The notes under the pieces are model-generated. The model made no database searches and was not told the DNA's origin. It saw nothing but the letters and a program-made list of their open reading frames with translations. A stretch of DNA of 36,684 bases from an uncultured Streptococcus sp. (GTDB lineage: Bacteria > Bacillota > Bacilli > Lactobacillales > Streptococcaceae), in assembly GCA_905372925.1 (NCBI GenBank), contig CAJPRB010000001.1, positions 1 to 36,684 on the forward strand, in the 5' to 3' direction. Shown in pieces: positions 9,269 to 20,304 of this stretch (its first letter is position 1; every line of letters begins with the position of its first letter). A program made the translations under genes and the position numbers.

Positions 9269-10081
9269 TCATAGGAATAAATCTTGTAGGGTATGGGCAA
9301 CACCATCTTCATCATTTGTCAGAGAGAGTTGCTCATCAGCATATGGTAGTAAATCGGGATTGGCATTTTTCATGGCATATCCCTTGCCTGCAAATGCCAA
9401 CATTTCGGTATCATTATGCTCATCACCAAAGGCAATCAGGTCTTTTTTGTCACGGTTCATAACATTGAGCAAGTATTCTAAAGCAAAGGCTTTGTTGACC
9501 CCTTTTGGTGTACATTCGAGAATGTTGAGGGGCCCTCCCCAGGTATTGATTGCTAGTTGGTGTTGGTAAAAACGATTCATCTCATCTGCTAGCGCGTATT
9601 TATCATCGACTCTTGTTTGCAAGAGGATACAGTTAGGGTCCTTGGTCACCAATTCAGATTTGAATTGATTTTCTGGTTGGAAATTTTCTACACCAAATAG
9701 TTTGGGATTGGCAATTTCTTCATTAGGAGCCGTGATATAAAATTTCTTGCGGTATTCTCCTGCAATAAAGTCGGCTTGGATATCCTCTTTGCGTTTGACC
9801 ATGTCTAAGAGGTATTTTTTGTCCAAGGTCAAGCACTTTTCGTGTTCCCAAGTCTGACCTGGCAGATGGGTAAGGGAACCATTGAAGTTGATCATAGGTG
9901 TGTGTAACTCTAGTTCCTGATAAAATTCTTTTGCCATACGGTAAGGGCGCCCAGTAGTGATGATGACATGGTGGCCTTTTTCAGCAATTCGTTTAATTGT
10001 GTTTCGAGTAAAATCTGAAATCTTACTCTCTGAGTTGAGCAGGGTTCCGTCCAAATCGACTGCGATAATTTTTTTAGTCAT
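9269..10081 (-). CDS. Cof-type HAD-IIB hydrolase
   Basis: DLDGTLL, TTGRP, GVNKAFAL, AFGDEHND. Confidence 0.92.
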   Translation of the reverse strand: MTKKIIAVDLDGTLLNSESKISDFTRNTIKRIAEKGHHVIITTGRPYRMAKEFYQELELHTPMINFNGSLTHLPGQTWEHEKCLTLDKKYLLDMVKRKEDIQADFIAGEYRKKFYITAPNEEIANPKLFGVENFQPENQFKSELVTKDPNCILLQTRVDDKYALADEMNRFYQHQLAINTWGGPLNILECTPKGVNKAFALEYLLNVMNRDKKDLIAFGDEHNDTEMLAFAGKGYAMKNANPDLLPYADEQLSLTNDEDGVAHTLQDLFL

Positions 10082-10200
10082 ATAAACCTTCCTAGTACAT
10101 TCCAGATAAGATGTCTACTATTATATCAAAAAGAAAGCAGAAAAACAGACTCAAAACAAAAATAGAAATTTCATTTTGTTAAATAAATCAAACAAACATA

Positions 10201-10248
10201 TTGAAAAGGTGAATGATAAATGATATAATACTCTCATTGTTCGTAAAA
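10201..10248 (+). promoter_or_regulatory. Promoter of the purine permease with a downstream PurBox-like site
   Basis: TTGAAA-N17-TATAAT with a TG extension; ATTGTTCGTAAAA at 10236-10248 (reverse strand contains ACGAACAAT). Confidence 0.6.
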
Positions 10249-10267
10249 AAACAAAAGGAGATTAAAC

Positions 10268-11686
10268 ATGGACAAACTATTTAAACTAAAAGAGCACGGG
10301 ACAGATGTCCGTACAGAGGTGCTTGCTGGTTTAACAACATTCTTTGCAATGAGTTATATTCTCTTTGTAAACCCTCAAATGCTTTCACAAACAGGGATGC
10401 CTGTTCAAGGTGTGTTCTTGGCAACGATTATCGGTTCTGTAGTCGGTACCTTGATGATGGCTTTCTATGCTAATTTGCCGTACGCACAAGCACCAGGTAT
10501 GGGACTAAATGCCTTCTTTACATTTACAGTTGTATTTGGGATGGGCTATACTTGGAAAGAAGCTCTTGGTATGGTCTTCATTTGTGGAATTATTTCACTG
10601 ATTATTACCTTGACAAATGTTCGTAAAATGATCATCGAATCTATTCCTACAACACTTCGTTCAGCTATTTCCGCTGGTATTGGTGTTTTCCTTGCCTATG
10701 TTGGGATTAAGAATGCTGGTCTCTTGAAATTCTCAATTGACCCAGGTACTTATACTGTAGCAGGTGAAGGAGCAGACAAGGCTCAAGCTGCACTTACTGC
10801 AAACTCAGCAGCCGTTCCAGGATTGGTAGACTTCAATACTCCAGCAGTATTGGTGGCTCTTGCTGGTCTGGCTATTACCATCTTCTTTGTTGTTAAAGGA
10901 ATCAAAGGTGGAATCATTCTTTCTATTTTAACAACGACTGTGCTTGCCATTGCTGTTGGTGTTGTGAAATTATCAGGGATTGACTTCGCTAGCAACAATC
11001 TTTCATCAGCAGTTAATGACCTTGGGACTTTGTTTGGTGCCGCTCTGGGCTCAGAAGGTTTAGGATCTTTGATTTCAAACACTTCACGTTTACCAGAAAC
11101 CTTGATGGCTATTCTTGCCTTCTCATTAACGGATATTTTTGATACAATTGGTACTCTTATCGGTACTGGTGAAAAAGTTGGTATCGTTGCGACAAGTGGG
11201 GAAAACCATGAGTCCGCTAAATTGGACAAGGCTCTTTACTCTGACTTGGTGGCGACTTCAGTAGGTGCCATTGCAGGTACTTCAAACGTTACGACTTATG
11301 TTGAGTCTGCGGCGGGTATTGGTGCTGGTGGACGTACTGGTTTGACAGCCCTAGTAGTTGCGATCTGTTTTGCTCTCTCTAGCTTCTTTAGCCCACTTCT
11401 AGCGATTGTTCCGACAGCTGCAACAGCGCCAATTTTGATCATCGTCGGAATCATGATGCTTTCTAACTTGAAAAACATTCCTTGGGATGATATGGCTGAA
11501 GCGGTTCCTGCCTTCTTCACATCTATCTTTATGGGATTCAGCTACTCTATCACACAAGGTATTGCTGTTGGTTTCTTGACTTACACCTTGACAAAACTTG
11601 TCAAAGGTCAAGCCAAGGATGTGCACGTGATGATTTGGATTTTGGATGCCTTGTTTATCCTGAACTATATCAGCATGGCGCTATAA
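10268..11686 (+). CDS. NCS2 family purine permease (PbuG/PbuO/AzgA-like)
   Basis: EVLAGLTTFFAMSYILFVNP, APGMGLNAFF, TYVESAAGIGAGGRTGLT. Confidence 0.92.
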   Translation: MDKLFKLKEHGTDVRTEVLAGLTTFFAMSYILFVNPQMLSQTGMPVQGVFLATIIGSVVGTLMMAFYANLPYAQAPGMGLNAFFTFTVVFGMGYTWKEALGMVFICGIISLIITLTNVRKMIIESIPTTLRSAISAGIGVFLAYVGIKNAGLLKFSIDPGTYTVAGEGADKAQAALTANSAAVPGLVDFNTPAVLVALAGLAITIFFVVKGIKGGIILSILTTTVLAIAVGVVKLSGIDFASNNLSSAVNDLGTLFGAALGSEGLGSLISNTSRLPETLMAILAFSLTDIFDTIGTLIGTGEKVGIVATSGENHESAKLDKALYSDLVATSVGAIAGTSNVTTYVESAAGIGAGGRTGLTALVVAICFALSSFFSPLLAIVPTAATAPILIIVGIMMLSNLKNIPWDDMAEAVPAFFTSIFMGFSYSITQGIAVGFLTYTLTKLVKGQAKDVHVMIWILDALFILNYISMAL

Positions 11687-11700
11687 ATGGTATAATATAG

Positions 11701-11721
11701 AAAGGGGGTCCTCCCCTTTTT
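11701..11721 (+). terminator. Terminator-like hairpin after the permease
   Basis: AAAGGGG-gtcct-CCCCTTTTT; a TGgTATAAT element lies immediately upstream at 11688-11696. Confidence 0.55.
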
Positions 11722-11739
11722 ATTATAAGGAGGTATATC

Positions 11740-12447
11740 ATGAAGAAAAAAAGTATCTGGCAAGAAATTCTGGATAGAGGAATATGGGTGTTGATTTTTT
11801 TAATAGGACTGGTGTTATCTCAACTTCCCTTAATTTTATCTGCCCTTTTATCCGCTAGACAATTCCCGCTCCTCCAGTCAGGACTCTTAGTGGCTTTGCT
11901 GTCGGTTGCTATTCTAAGTGTTTTTATCTTTAGTGCGCGAAAAACAGAGATTGCGAGCTTCAATCTTTCTTTTTTCAAGGCAAAAGATCTAGCCCGCTTG
12001 GTTTTGAGTTATTTGGTTATTTTCACAAGTAATTTATTCGGATCTGCCTTGCTTCGTCTGATGAATGAATCTACGACCAGCAACCAATCAACTATTAATA
12101 ATCTGGTTCAGAATAGCTCGCTGATTTCCAGTTTTTTCTTACTGGTTCTGATTGCTCCCATTTGTGAGGAAATATTGTGTCGTGGAATTATCCCTAAAAA
12201 GATCTTCCGCGGGAAGGAGAAGTTGGGTTATCTTGTAGGTGCAGTCGTCTTTGCCTTGCTCCACACACCGACCAATCTGCCTTCTCTCCTTATCTATGGA
12301 GGAATGTCGACAGTTTTAACTTGGACAGCCTACAGAACAGAACGTTTAGAGATGTCAATCTTGCTTCATATGATTGTCAATGGTATCGCCTTTTGTTTGC
12401 TGGCTTTACTGGTTTTGATTAGTCGAAATGTAGGCTTGCCTTTCTAA
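11740..12447 (+). CDS. CPBP/CAAX family intramembrane metalloprotease
   Basis: APICEEILCRG, FALLH and HMIVN motifs; multiple hydrophobic segments; SD AAGGAGG. Confidence 0.9.
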   Translation: MKKKSIWQEILDRGIWVLIFLIGLVLSQLPLILSALLSARQFPLLQSGLLVALLSVAILSVFIFSARKTEIASFNLSFFKAKDLARLVLSYLVIFTSNLFGSALLRLMNESTTSNQSTINNLVQNSSLISSFFLLVLIAPICEEILCRGIIPKKIFRGKEKLGYLVGAVVFALLHTPTNLPSLLIYGGMSTVLTWTAYRTERLEMSILLHMIVNGIAFCLLALLVLISRNVGLPF

Positions 12448-12529
12448 ACCATTTCCTTACTTGGAAAAGATAAATGCTGGCGTATCCATCTTTTTCTTTT
12501 TATGGTAAAATAGAGAAATAATGTGGTGA

Positions 12530-13495
<966 letters not shown>

Positions 13496-13496
13496 G

Positions 13497-14819
13497 ATGA
13501 AAGAAATTGAAAACAATCAGTGGATTGCCAACTACCGAACGGACCAACCGCATTTCGGTTTGGAACGAATGGTGGAACTCCTAGCTTTACGAGGCAATCC
13601 CCATCTCAAACTTAAGGCCATCCATATCGGAGGGACCAATGGCAAGGGTTCGACCATTGCTTTTTTGAAAAATATGCTGGAAAAGCTAGGTCTGAGAGTT
13701 GGTGTTTTCAGCTCGCCCTATCTCATTCATTATACGGATCAGATTAGCATCAATGGGGAATCCATTCCCGAGGCTAGGCTAGAATCCCTCATGGCAGTTT
13801 ATCGGTCTTTGCTTGAGGGGGAGAAGGTCGCTGCTTTACAAGGAACGACTGAGTTTGAGATTATCACAGCTCTAGCTTATGATTATTTTTCCTCAGAGAA
13901 AGTAGATGTGGCTATCATGGAAGTCGGCATGGGTGGACTCTTGGATAGTACCAATGTCTGCCAGCCGATTCTGACAGGGATTACAACTATTGGCTTGGAT
14001 CATGTAGCTCTACTTGGTGACACCTTGGAAGCTATAGCAGAGCAGAAAGCTGGTATTATCAAGCAAGGCATTCCTTTGGTAACAGGTCGCATTACTCAAG
14101 AAGCCTTGACTGTGATAGACCCTATTGCAGAAGCTAAAAATGCGCCGCGACTTGCCTATGGGAAAGATTACCAGGTTCGTCATCAAGAAAGCGTGGTAGC
14201 GGGTGAAATCTTTGATTATACTAGTTCTGTCAGACAAGGTCGCTTTCAAACAGGCCTGCTTGGCTTGCACCAGGTAGAAAATGCGGGGATGGCGCTTGCT
14301 CTCTTAGACACTTATTGTCAGGAGACTGGGCGAGAATTAGCAAGTAATGACTTGGTTGCTCAAGCTTTGAAAGAGACCAGATGGCCAGGGCGTTTGGAGG
14401 TCGTGTCTAGCGACCCCTTGATGATTTTGGATGGGGCCCACAATCCCCATGCTATCAAGGCTTTACTAGCAACCTTACAAGAACGCTTTGCGGATTATCA
14501 TAAGGAAATCCTCTTTACCTGCATCAAAACCAAGGCTTTGGAGGATATGCTGGACTTGCTAGGGGAAATGCCAGATACCGAGCTTACCCTTACACATTTT
14601 GACGATAGTCGGGCGACTGATGAAAGCGTGCTGAAAGAGACAGCCAAGTCTAGAAATCTCAATTACCAAAGTTGGCAGGATTTTCTAGAGCAGAAATTGA
14701 CAGATAAAAATGAAGAGAAACAAACAGTTAGGATTGTCACAGGTTCCTTGTATTTCTTGAGCCAAGTGAGAGCCTATCTGATGGAGAGGAAGAACGAGAA
14801 TGGATACACAAAAGATTGA
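13497..14819 (+). CDS. folC: Folylpolyglutamate synthase/dihydrofolate synthase (SulB)
   Basis: GTNGKGST P-loop, [29 protein letters not shown]. Confidence 0.96.
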   Translation: MKEIENNQWIANYRTDQPHFGLERMVELLALRGNPHLKLKAIHIGGTNGKGSTIAFLKNMLEKLGLRVGVFSSPYLIHYTDQISINGESIPEARLESLMAVYRSLLEGEKVAALQGTTEFEIITALAYDYFSSEKVDVAIMEVGMGGLLDSTNVCQPILTGITTIGLDHVALLGDTLEAIAEQKAGIIKQGIPLVTGRITQEALTVIDPIAEAKNAPRLAYGKDYQVRHQESVVAGEIFDYTSSVRQGRFQTGLLGLHQVENAGMALALLDTYCQETGRELASNDLVAQALKETRWPGRLEVVSSDPLMILDGAHNPHAIKALLATLQERFADYHKEILFTCIKTKALEDMLDLLGEMPDTELTLTHFDDSRATDESVLKETAKSRNLNYQSWQDFLEQKLTDKNEEKQTVRIVTGSLYFLSQVRAYLMERKNENGYTKD

Positions 14820-15354
14820 AACGGCTGTAAAAATGATTATCGAAGCTGTTGGTGAGGATGCTAATCGCGAGGGATTGCAGGAAACACCTGCTCGTGTAGC
14901 CCGTATGTACCAAGAGATTTTTTCAGGTCTTGGTCAGACAGCGGAGGAACATCTATCAAAATCCTTTGAGATTATTGATGATAATATGGTTGTAGAAAAG
15001 GATATTTTTTTCCATACTATGTGTGAGCACCACTTCTTGCCCTTTTATGGGAGAGCGCACATTGCCTACATTCCAGATGGACGTGTAGCAGGCTTGTCCA
15101 AACTTGCCCGTACGGTTGAAGTTTATTCTAAAAAACCACAAATTCAAGAGCGTTTGAATATTGAGGTGGCCGATGCCTTGATGGACTATCTGGGTGCTAA
15201 AGGAGCCTTTGTTGTCATTGAGGCGGAACATATGTGTATGAGCATGCGTGGTGTCAGAAAGCCAGGCACGGCAACCTTGACGACAGTAGCGCGAGGTGTA
15301 TTTGAAACAGATAAAGACCTCCGAGACCAGGCTTATCGTTTAATGGGACTATAA
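14800..15354 (+). CDS. folE: GTP cyclohydrolase I (SulC)
   Basis: [39 protein letters not shown]. Confidence 0.97.
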   Translation: MDTQKIETAVKMIIEAVGEDANREGLQETPARVARMYQEIFSGLGQTAEEHLSKSFEIIDDNMVVEKDIFFHTMCEHHFLPFYGRAHIAYIPDGRVAGLSKLARTVEVYSKKPQIQERLNIEVADALMDYLGAKGAFVVIEAEHMCMSMRGVRKPGTATLTTVARGVFETDKDLRDQAYRLMGL

Positions 15355-15380
15355 AAAGAATCCGCTTTAAGCGGATTTTT
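15355..15380 (+). terminator. Intra-operon terminator-like hairpin between folE and sulD
   Basis: AATCCGC-tttaa-GCGGATT followed by Ts. Confidence 0.65.
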
Positions 15381-15396
15381 CTAGAAAGGACTAGTT

Positions 15397-16209
15397 ATGG
15401 ATCAACTGCAGATTAAAGATTTGGAAATTTTTGCTTATCATGGTCTCTTTCCAAGTGAGAAGGAATTGGGGCAGAAGTTTGTTATTTCCGCAAGCTTATC
15501 TTATGATATGACCAAGGCGGCTACAGAGTTGGATTTGACAGCTTCTGTCCATTACGGAGAACTGTGTCAGCAGTGGACGATTTGGTTTCAGGAAACCGCT
15601 GAGGACTTGATTGAAACGGTAGCCTATAAACTAGTTGAACGTACCTTTGAGACCTATCCTCTTGTCCAAGAGATTGAGTTGGAACTAAAAAAACCGTGGG
15701 CGCCAGTGCATTTGCCACTGGATACCTGCTCGGTGACCATTCACCGTCGTAAGCAGCGGGCCTTTATCGCTCTAGGAAGCAATATGGGGGATAAGCAAGC
15801 AAACTTGGAACAAGCTATCGACAAACTGCGAGTTCGTGGTATCCATATTCTCAAAGAGTCCAGTGTCTTGACGACGGAGCCTTGGGGTGGTGTGGAGCAG
15901 GATAGCTTTGCCAATCAGGTGATTGAAGTAGAAACCTGGCTACCAGCACCAGTCTTGTTAGAAACATTATTAGCCATCGAGTCAGAAATGGGGCGGGTGA
16001 GAGAAGTGCATTGGGGGCCTCGCTTGATTGATTTGGACCTGCTTTTTGTAGAAGACCAGGTCATCTATACAGACGACCTCATCTTGCCTCATCCTTATAT
16101 AGCAGAACGCCTCTTTGTTCTTGAGCCATTAGTGGAAATAGCTCCCCATTTTATTCATCCAGTACTCAAACAGCCGATACGCTACTTGTATCAAGAATTG
16201 AACAAATAG
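15397..16209 (+). CDS. sulD: Bifunctional dihydroneopterin aldolase/HPPK (FolB-FolK)
   Basis: N-terminal [17 protein letters not shown] (FolB); C-terminal [23 protein letters not shown] and RLFVLEPL (FolK). Confidence 0.95.
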   Translation: MDQLQIKDLEIFAYHGLFPSEKELGQKFVISASLSYDMTKAATELDLTASVHYGELCQQWTIWFQETAEDLIETVAYKLVERTFETYPLVQEIELELKKPWAPVHLPLDTCSVTIHRRKQRAFIALGSNMGDKQANLEQAIDKLRVRGIHILKESSVLTTEPWGGVEQDSFANQVIEVETWLPAPVLLETLLAIESEMGRVREVHWGPRLIDLDLLFVEDQVIYTDDLILPHPYIAERLFVLEPLVEIAPHFIHPVLKQPIRYLYQELNK

Positions 16210-16210
16210 A

Positions 16211-16257
16211 AAAAACTCTAGTTCCTCAGCAGTTTGCGCCGAGAAGCTAGAGTTTTT
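16211..16257. terminator. Bidirectional terminator-like inverted repeat
   Basis: AAAAACTCTAG...CTAGAGTTTTT between convergent sulD and the DUF960-like gene. Confidence 0.7.
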
Positions 16258-16573
16258 AAAATAGGTCAATTTCTTCAGGAAGGAGGATGGTTTCTTTCCC
16301 GTCCATGTCTAAAACAAGGACCCGAGGAGGGTAAAGAGGATCGAAGGGATGATTAAAATCAAAGTCGATACTAGTCGGCAGGTGCTGACTAGAGAAATGG
16401 AAGGTAATGGTCCCCTCGTTGTTTAGTAGTTGAAATTCAAGTTCCTCTTCTAATTCAAAGACGTTTTTCAAAAAATGATCGATAATAAACCATAAAGAGT
16501 TGATAACATCGTCAGGCAAGCTGGTCACAACGCCAAAACTGGCCGAACGTCTCTGAGTATTTGTAAAAGCCAT
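16256..16573 (-). CDS. Conserved hypothetical protein (DUF960-like)
   Basis: MAFTNTQRRSASFGVVTSLP...ETILLPEE resembles streptococcal DUF960 proteins; GGAGGGAGG SD; alternative start at 16579. Confidence 0.7.
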   Translation of the reverse strand: MAFTNTQRRSASFGVVTSLPDDVINSLWFIIDHFLKNVFELEEELEFQLLNNEGTITFHFSSQHLPTSIDFDFNHPFDPLYPPRVLVLDMDGKETILLPEEIDLF

Positions 16574-16702
16574 AAACATTCCCTCCCTCCTTTTATTTTT
16601 CCTTATCATACAGCAAAACATCCCAAAAATCAAGAAATCGTACTCGCTTTTTCAAAATGGGAATAGGTTGTGAAATTTTTTCAAAGTTTCTCTAAAAAAT
16701 AC

Positions 16703-16731
16703 TTGAAAGTGTTTACAATAAGTGATAAAAT
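16703..16731 (+). promoter_or_regulatory. ccpA promoter with overlapping cre (putative autoregulation)
   Basis: TTGAAA-N17-TAAAAT with a TG extension; cre-like TGAAAGTGTTTACA at 16704-16717. Confidence 0.7.
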
Positions 16732-16782
16732 GGAGTAAGCAGATGCATGAAAGCGAAATTTTCAATATAGAAAGGAAACGAA

Positions 16783-17793
16783 ATGAACACAGATGATACA
16801 GTAACGATTTATGACGTTGCCCGTGAAGCTGGGGTTTCAATGGCAACTGTTAGTCGTGTAGTGAACGGCAATAAGAACGTTAAAGAGAATACTCGTAAAA
16901 AAGTTCTAGAGGTGATTGATCGTCTTGACTACCGTCCAAATGCGGTAGCGCGTGGTTTGGCCAGCAAGAAAACCACGACAGTTGGTGTTGTGATTCCCAA
17001 CATTACCAATGGATACTTCTCAACACTTGCCAAAGGAATCGATGATATTGCTGAAATGTACAAGTATAATATCGTCCTTGCGAATAGCGATGAAGATGAT
17101 GAAAAGGAAGTTTCAGTGGTTAACACCCTCTTTTCAAAACAAGTTGATGGTATTATCTTTATGGGCTATCACTTGACTGAAAAGATTCGTTCAGAATTCT
17201 CTCGTTCACGGACACCGGTTGTTCTTGCCGGTACTGTGGATATAGAACATCAGCTACCAAGTGTCAATATTGATTACAAACAAGCAACGATTGATGCTGT
17301 CACTCATTTGCTTCAGGAAAATGAAAAGATTGCCTTTGTCAGTGGGCCACTTGTTGACGATATCAACGGTAAAATTCGGTTGATTGGTTATAAGGAAGCT
17401 TTGAAAAAGGCTGGACTTTCTTACAGCGAAGGCTTGGTTTTTGAATCTAAATATAGCTATGACGATGGTTATGCCTTGACAGAGCGCTTGGTTTCTTCAC
17501 AAGCTACAGCTGCAGTTGTGACAGGTGATGAATTGGCTGCAGGTGTGCTAAATGGCTTGGCGGATCATGGTGTATCTGTACCAGAAGAGTTTGAAATCAT
17601 CACGACAGATGACTCTCAGATTGCACGATTCACTCGTCCAAATCTGACAACGATTGCCCAACCTCTTTATGATCTAGGTGCTATCAGCATGCGTATGTTG
17701 ACTAAAATCATGCACAAGGAAGAGTTGGAAGAACGTGAAGTTCTCTTGCCTCATGGTTTGACAGAACGCCGCTCAACACGCAAACGTAAATAG
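16783..17793 (+). CDS. ccpA: Catabolite control protein A
   Basis: TIYDVAREAGVSMATVSRVVNG HTH, YRPNAVARGLASKKTTTVGV, GIDDIAEMYKYNI. Confidence 0.98.
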   Translation: MNTDDTVTIYDVAREAGVSMATVSRVVNGNKNVKENTRKKVLEVIDRLDYRPNAVARGLASKKTTTVGVVIPNITNGYFSTLAKGIDDIAEMYKYNIVLANSDEDDEKEVSVVNTLFSKQVDGIIFMGYHLTEKIRSEFSRSRTPVVLAGTVDIEHQLPSVNIDYKQATIDAVTHLLQENEKIAFVSGPLVDDINGKIRLIGYKEALKKAGLSYSEGLVFESKYSYDDGYALTERLVSSQATAAVVTGDELAAGVLNGLADHGVSVPEEFEIITTDDSQIARFTRPNLTTIAQPLYDLGAISMRMLTKIMHKEELEEREVLLPHGLTERRSTRKRK

Positions 17794-17828
17794 TAAAAAC
17801 AGGAAATCGTGAGATTTCCTGTTTTTAC
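17793..17828. terminator. Bidirectional terminator between ccpA and asparaginase
   Basis: GTAAAAACAGGAAATC-gtga-GATTTCCTGTTTTTAC perfect inverted repeat. Confidence 0.9.
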
Positions 17829-17844
17829 ATTCTAGAGAAGTAGC

Positions 17845-18807
17845 TTAGCCTTCCATATAGTCTTTTAGTGCCTGCCCTTTTAGTCCAGCATTGAGAGCAA
17901 TGAGAAGTTTCAGTCGAGCCTTTTGAGCATTGAGTTCTTTGACAAAGAAAACGCCAGACTCTTGTAATTGAACTCCTCCGCCCGGATAGGCGTAGACGGG
18001 CTCCGCAATTCCGTTAAAACAACGTGAAACCAAGGCGACTGGAATGCCTTTTCGGAGGAGGTTTTCTAATTTTTGAGCTGTTTCTTTGGGAATATTACCT
18101 GCTCCAAAAGCCTGAATAACTAAGCCCTCCAGTTGTTCTAAGTCTAACATATTGATCAATTCGTCGGTCATACCCGCATAGGCTGAGATGATAGGAACCA
18201 GCCCCTGTATGCGCTCAAGGTCAAAGCGGACTCGCGGTTCAGCTGTTTTAAAGTAGAGGATTTCTTGCTTCATGATGAGACCAAGTGGTCCGTGTGTTGG
18301 GGTTTGGAAGGTGCCGACGTTTGTGGTATGGGTTTTGGTAACATACTTGGCTGCATGGATCTCATCATTCATGACGACCAGCACACCCTTGTCAGCTGCT
18401 TTGTCATCGCTGGCAACTCGCAAAGCGCTCAGATAGTTATAAACACCATCGCTACCAAGTTCGTTTGAACTACGCATGGCCCCTGTTAGAACGATGGGCA
18501 TGTGTGGGATTTCCATGGTATCAAGGAAGTAGGCAGTTTCCTCTAGCGTATCTGTCCCATGTGTGATGACAACCCCATCGTAGTTATCAGCTTCCTCTTT
18601 GATTTTATGATAGAGCGCAAGCATATGCTTGGGTTTGATATGGGGACTTGGCAGATTAAAAAAGTCTAGGGCGTGAACCTCAATCCCTTCAAGTGGATTG
18701 GAAACATGGTTCATGGGATTGTCCTGGCTAGTTACAACGGCACCAGTGGCGTCTGCTTGCATGGAAATAGTCCCACCTGTATGTAAAACAAGGATTTTCT
18801 TAGGCAT
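17845..18807 (-). CDS. L-asparaginase (cytoplasmic)
   Basis: HTGGTISM and ITHGTDTLEETA catalytic motifs; no signal peptide. Confidence 0.93.
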   Translation of the reverse strand: MPKKILVLHTGGTISMQADATGAVVTSQDNPMNHVSNPLEGIEVHALDFFNLPSPHIKPKHMLALYHKIKEEADNYDGVVITHGTDTLEETAYFLDTMEIPHMPIVLTGAMRSSNELGSDGVYNYLSALRVASDDKAADKGVLVVMNDEIHAAKYVTKTHTTNVGTFQTPTHGPLGLIMKQEILYFKTAEPRVRFDLERIQGLVPIISAYAGMTDELINMLDLEQLEGLVIQAFGAGNIPKETAQKLENLLRKGIPVALVSRCFNGIAEPVYAYPGGGVQLQESGVFFVKELNAQKARLKLLIALNAGLKGQALKDYMEG

Positions 18808-18872
18808 GATTTAGTCACTCTTTCTGAAATGTGGTATAATCATTGTAACACAAAAGGGGAGAATGGGATAGG

Positions 18873-20264
18873 ATGGAAGTCAAGGCTGTTTTTTTTGATA
18901 TCGATGGAACGCTAGTCAACGATCGTAAGAGTGTTTTGAAATCCACTAAGGATGCGATTAAGATTGTTAAAGAGCAAGGGGTACTTGTTGGAGTAGCGAC
19001 AGGACGAGGGCCGTTTTTTGTCAAGGAATTGATGGAAGACTTGGACTTGGATTTTGCGGTGACCTACAATGGCCAATACATTTTTAATAAAGAAAAGGTG
19101 CTCTTTGCAAGCCCAATTGCTAAGTCAAGCCTGCGTCAATTGATTACCTATGCTAAAAAAGAGCGAAAAGAAATCGCTCTTGGAACCGAGCATGCCGTTG
19201 TTGGTTCGAAAATTATGTCATTTGGTCTTGGATCCTTTTCTCAACTGGTTAGTCGTTTTATTCCGACTGTGCTAACAAGAACTGTTAGTCGCTCTTTTAA
19301 TCGGATGGTTAGCAAGGCAGTTCCTCAAAAGGAAGATGACCTACTTAACTTGATTAATCAACCCATTTATCAAGTTTTGATGCTGATGACGCCAGAAGAA
19401 TCTGAGAAGGTAACAGCTGATTTTGAAGATTTGAAATTAACTCGAAGCAATCCTTTTGCAGCAGATATCATAAACCAAGGAAATTCCAAACTAGAAGGCA
19501 TTCGTCGAGTTGGGAAAGAGTATGGCTTTGATCTCAACCAAGTCATGGCCTTCGGAGATTCAGACAATGACCTGGAAATGTTGGCGGGTGTTGGTATGTC
19601 GGTCGCTATGGGAAATGGCAGCAGCAGTGTCAAAGAAGTTGCCAAGCATATTACGGCAAGTAATCAACAAGATGGTATCCACAAGGCGCTCGAGCACTTT
19701 GGTGTTTTGGCTTCAGAAAAAGTGTTCGTCAGTCGAGACTACCACTTTAATAAGGTCAAAACCTTCCACCACATGATGGATGAACGGACGCAAGAAGAGC
19801 CACAGGCATGGGATGTTGAGGGGGCAACCCACCGCGCAGACTTTAAAATTGAAGAATTAGTAGAGTTTGTCCGCGCGGCAAGTTCTTCGGAGGAAGAATT
19901 CCAGCAGTCACTTGCAAGCATGCATGCGGCACTTGATAAGGCGGCAGAGAAAGTGGCGAAAAAAACACCCGCTAAGCAAAACTTGGTCGGTCAAGTGGAT
20001 GCTTTGATCGATACATTGTATTTCACATACGGTAGTTTTGTATTGATGGGAGTGGACCCCGAACGTATCTTTGATATTGTTCATGAGGCAAACATGGGGA
20101 AAATTTTCCCTGATGGGAAAGCTCATTTTGACCCAGTTACGCACAAAATCTTAAAGCCTGATGACTGGGAAGAAAAATATGCTCCAGAAGCTGCGATTGA
20201 AAAAGAAATTCAACGTCAAATCAAGGCTTATGAACGACATAAAGAGAAAAAAGCAAGTAAATAA
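18873..20264 (+). CDS. Cof-type HAD hydrolase fused to a C-terminal MazG-like (all-alpha NTP pyrophosphatase) domain
   Basis: N-terminal DIDGTLV, ATGRG, AFGDSDND; C-terminal EELVEF...DALIDTLYF...VHEANMGK...KILKP. Confidence 0.85.
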   Translation: MEVKAVFFDIDGTLVNDRKSVLKSTKDAIKIVKEQGVLVGVATGRGPFFVKELMEDLDLDFAVTYNGQYIFNKEKVLFASPIAKSSLRQLITYAKKERKEIALGTEHAVVGSKIMSFGLGSFSQLVSRFIPTVLTRTVSRSFNRMVSKAVPQKEDDLLNLINQPIYQVLMLMTPEESEKVTADFEDLKLTRSNPFAADIINQGNSKLEGIRRVGKEYGFDLNQVMAFGDSDNDLEMLAGVGMSVAMGNGSSSVKEVAKHITASNQQDGIHKALEHFGVLASEKVFVSRDYHFNKVKTFHHMMDERTQEEPQAWDVEGATHRADFKIEELVEFVRAASSSEEEFQQSLASMHAALDKAAEKVAKKTPAKQNLVGQVDALIDTLYFTYGSFVLMGVDPERIFDIVHEANMGKIFPDGKAHFDPVTHKILKPDDWEEKYAPEAAIEKEIQRQIKAYERHKEKKASK

Positions 20265-20270
20265 GCAAAC

Positions 20271-20298
20271 AAAAAGAGAGCCTTAATAGGCTCCTTTT
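20271..20298. terminator. Bidirectional terminator
   Basis: AAAAAGAGAGCC-ttaata-GGCTCCTTTT between convergent genes. Confidence 0.75.
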
Positions 20299-20304
20299 GT
20301 GTTC

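Noticed and set aside
11740..12447. CAAX protease as a bacteriocin immunity gene
   Set aside because: No bacteriocin, transporter or regulator lies nearby; it sits in a housekeeping context before folP.
16668..16685. Rex-like site TTGTGAAATTTTTTCAAA upstream of ccpA, and a half-site at 9226-9232
   Set aside because: Only one arm matches TTGTGAA-N4-TTCACAA, which is too weak in AT-rich DNA.
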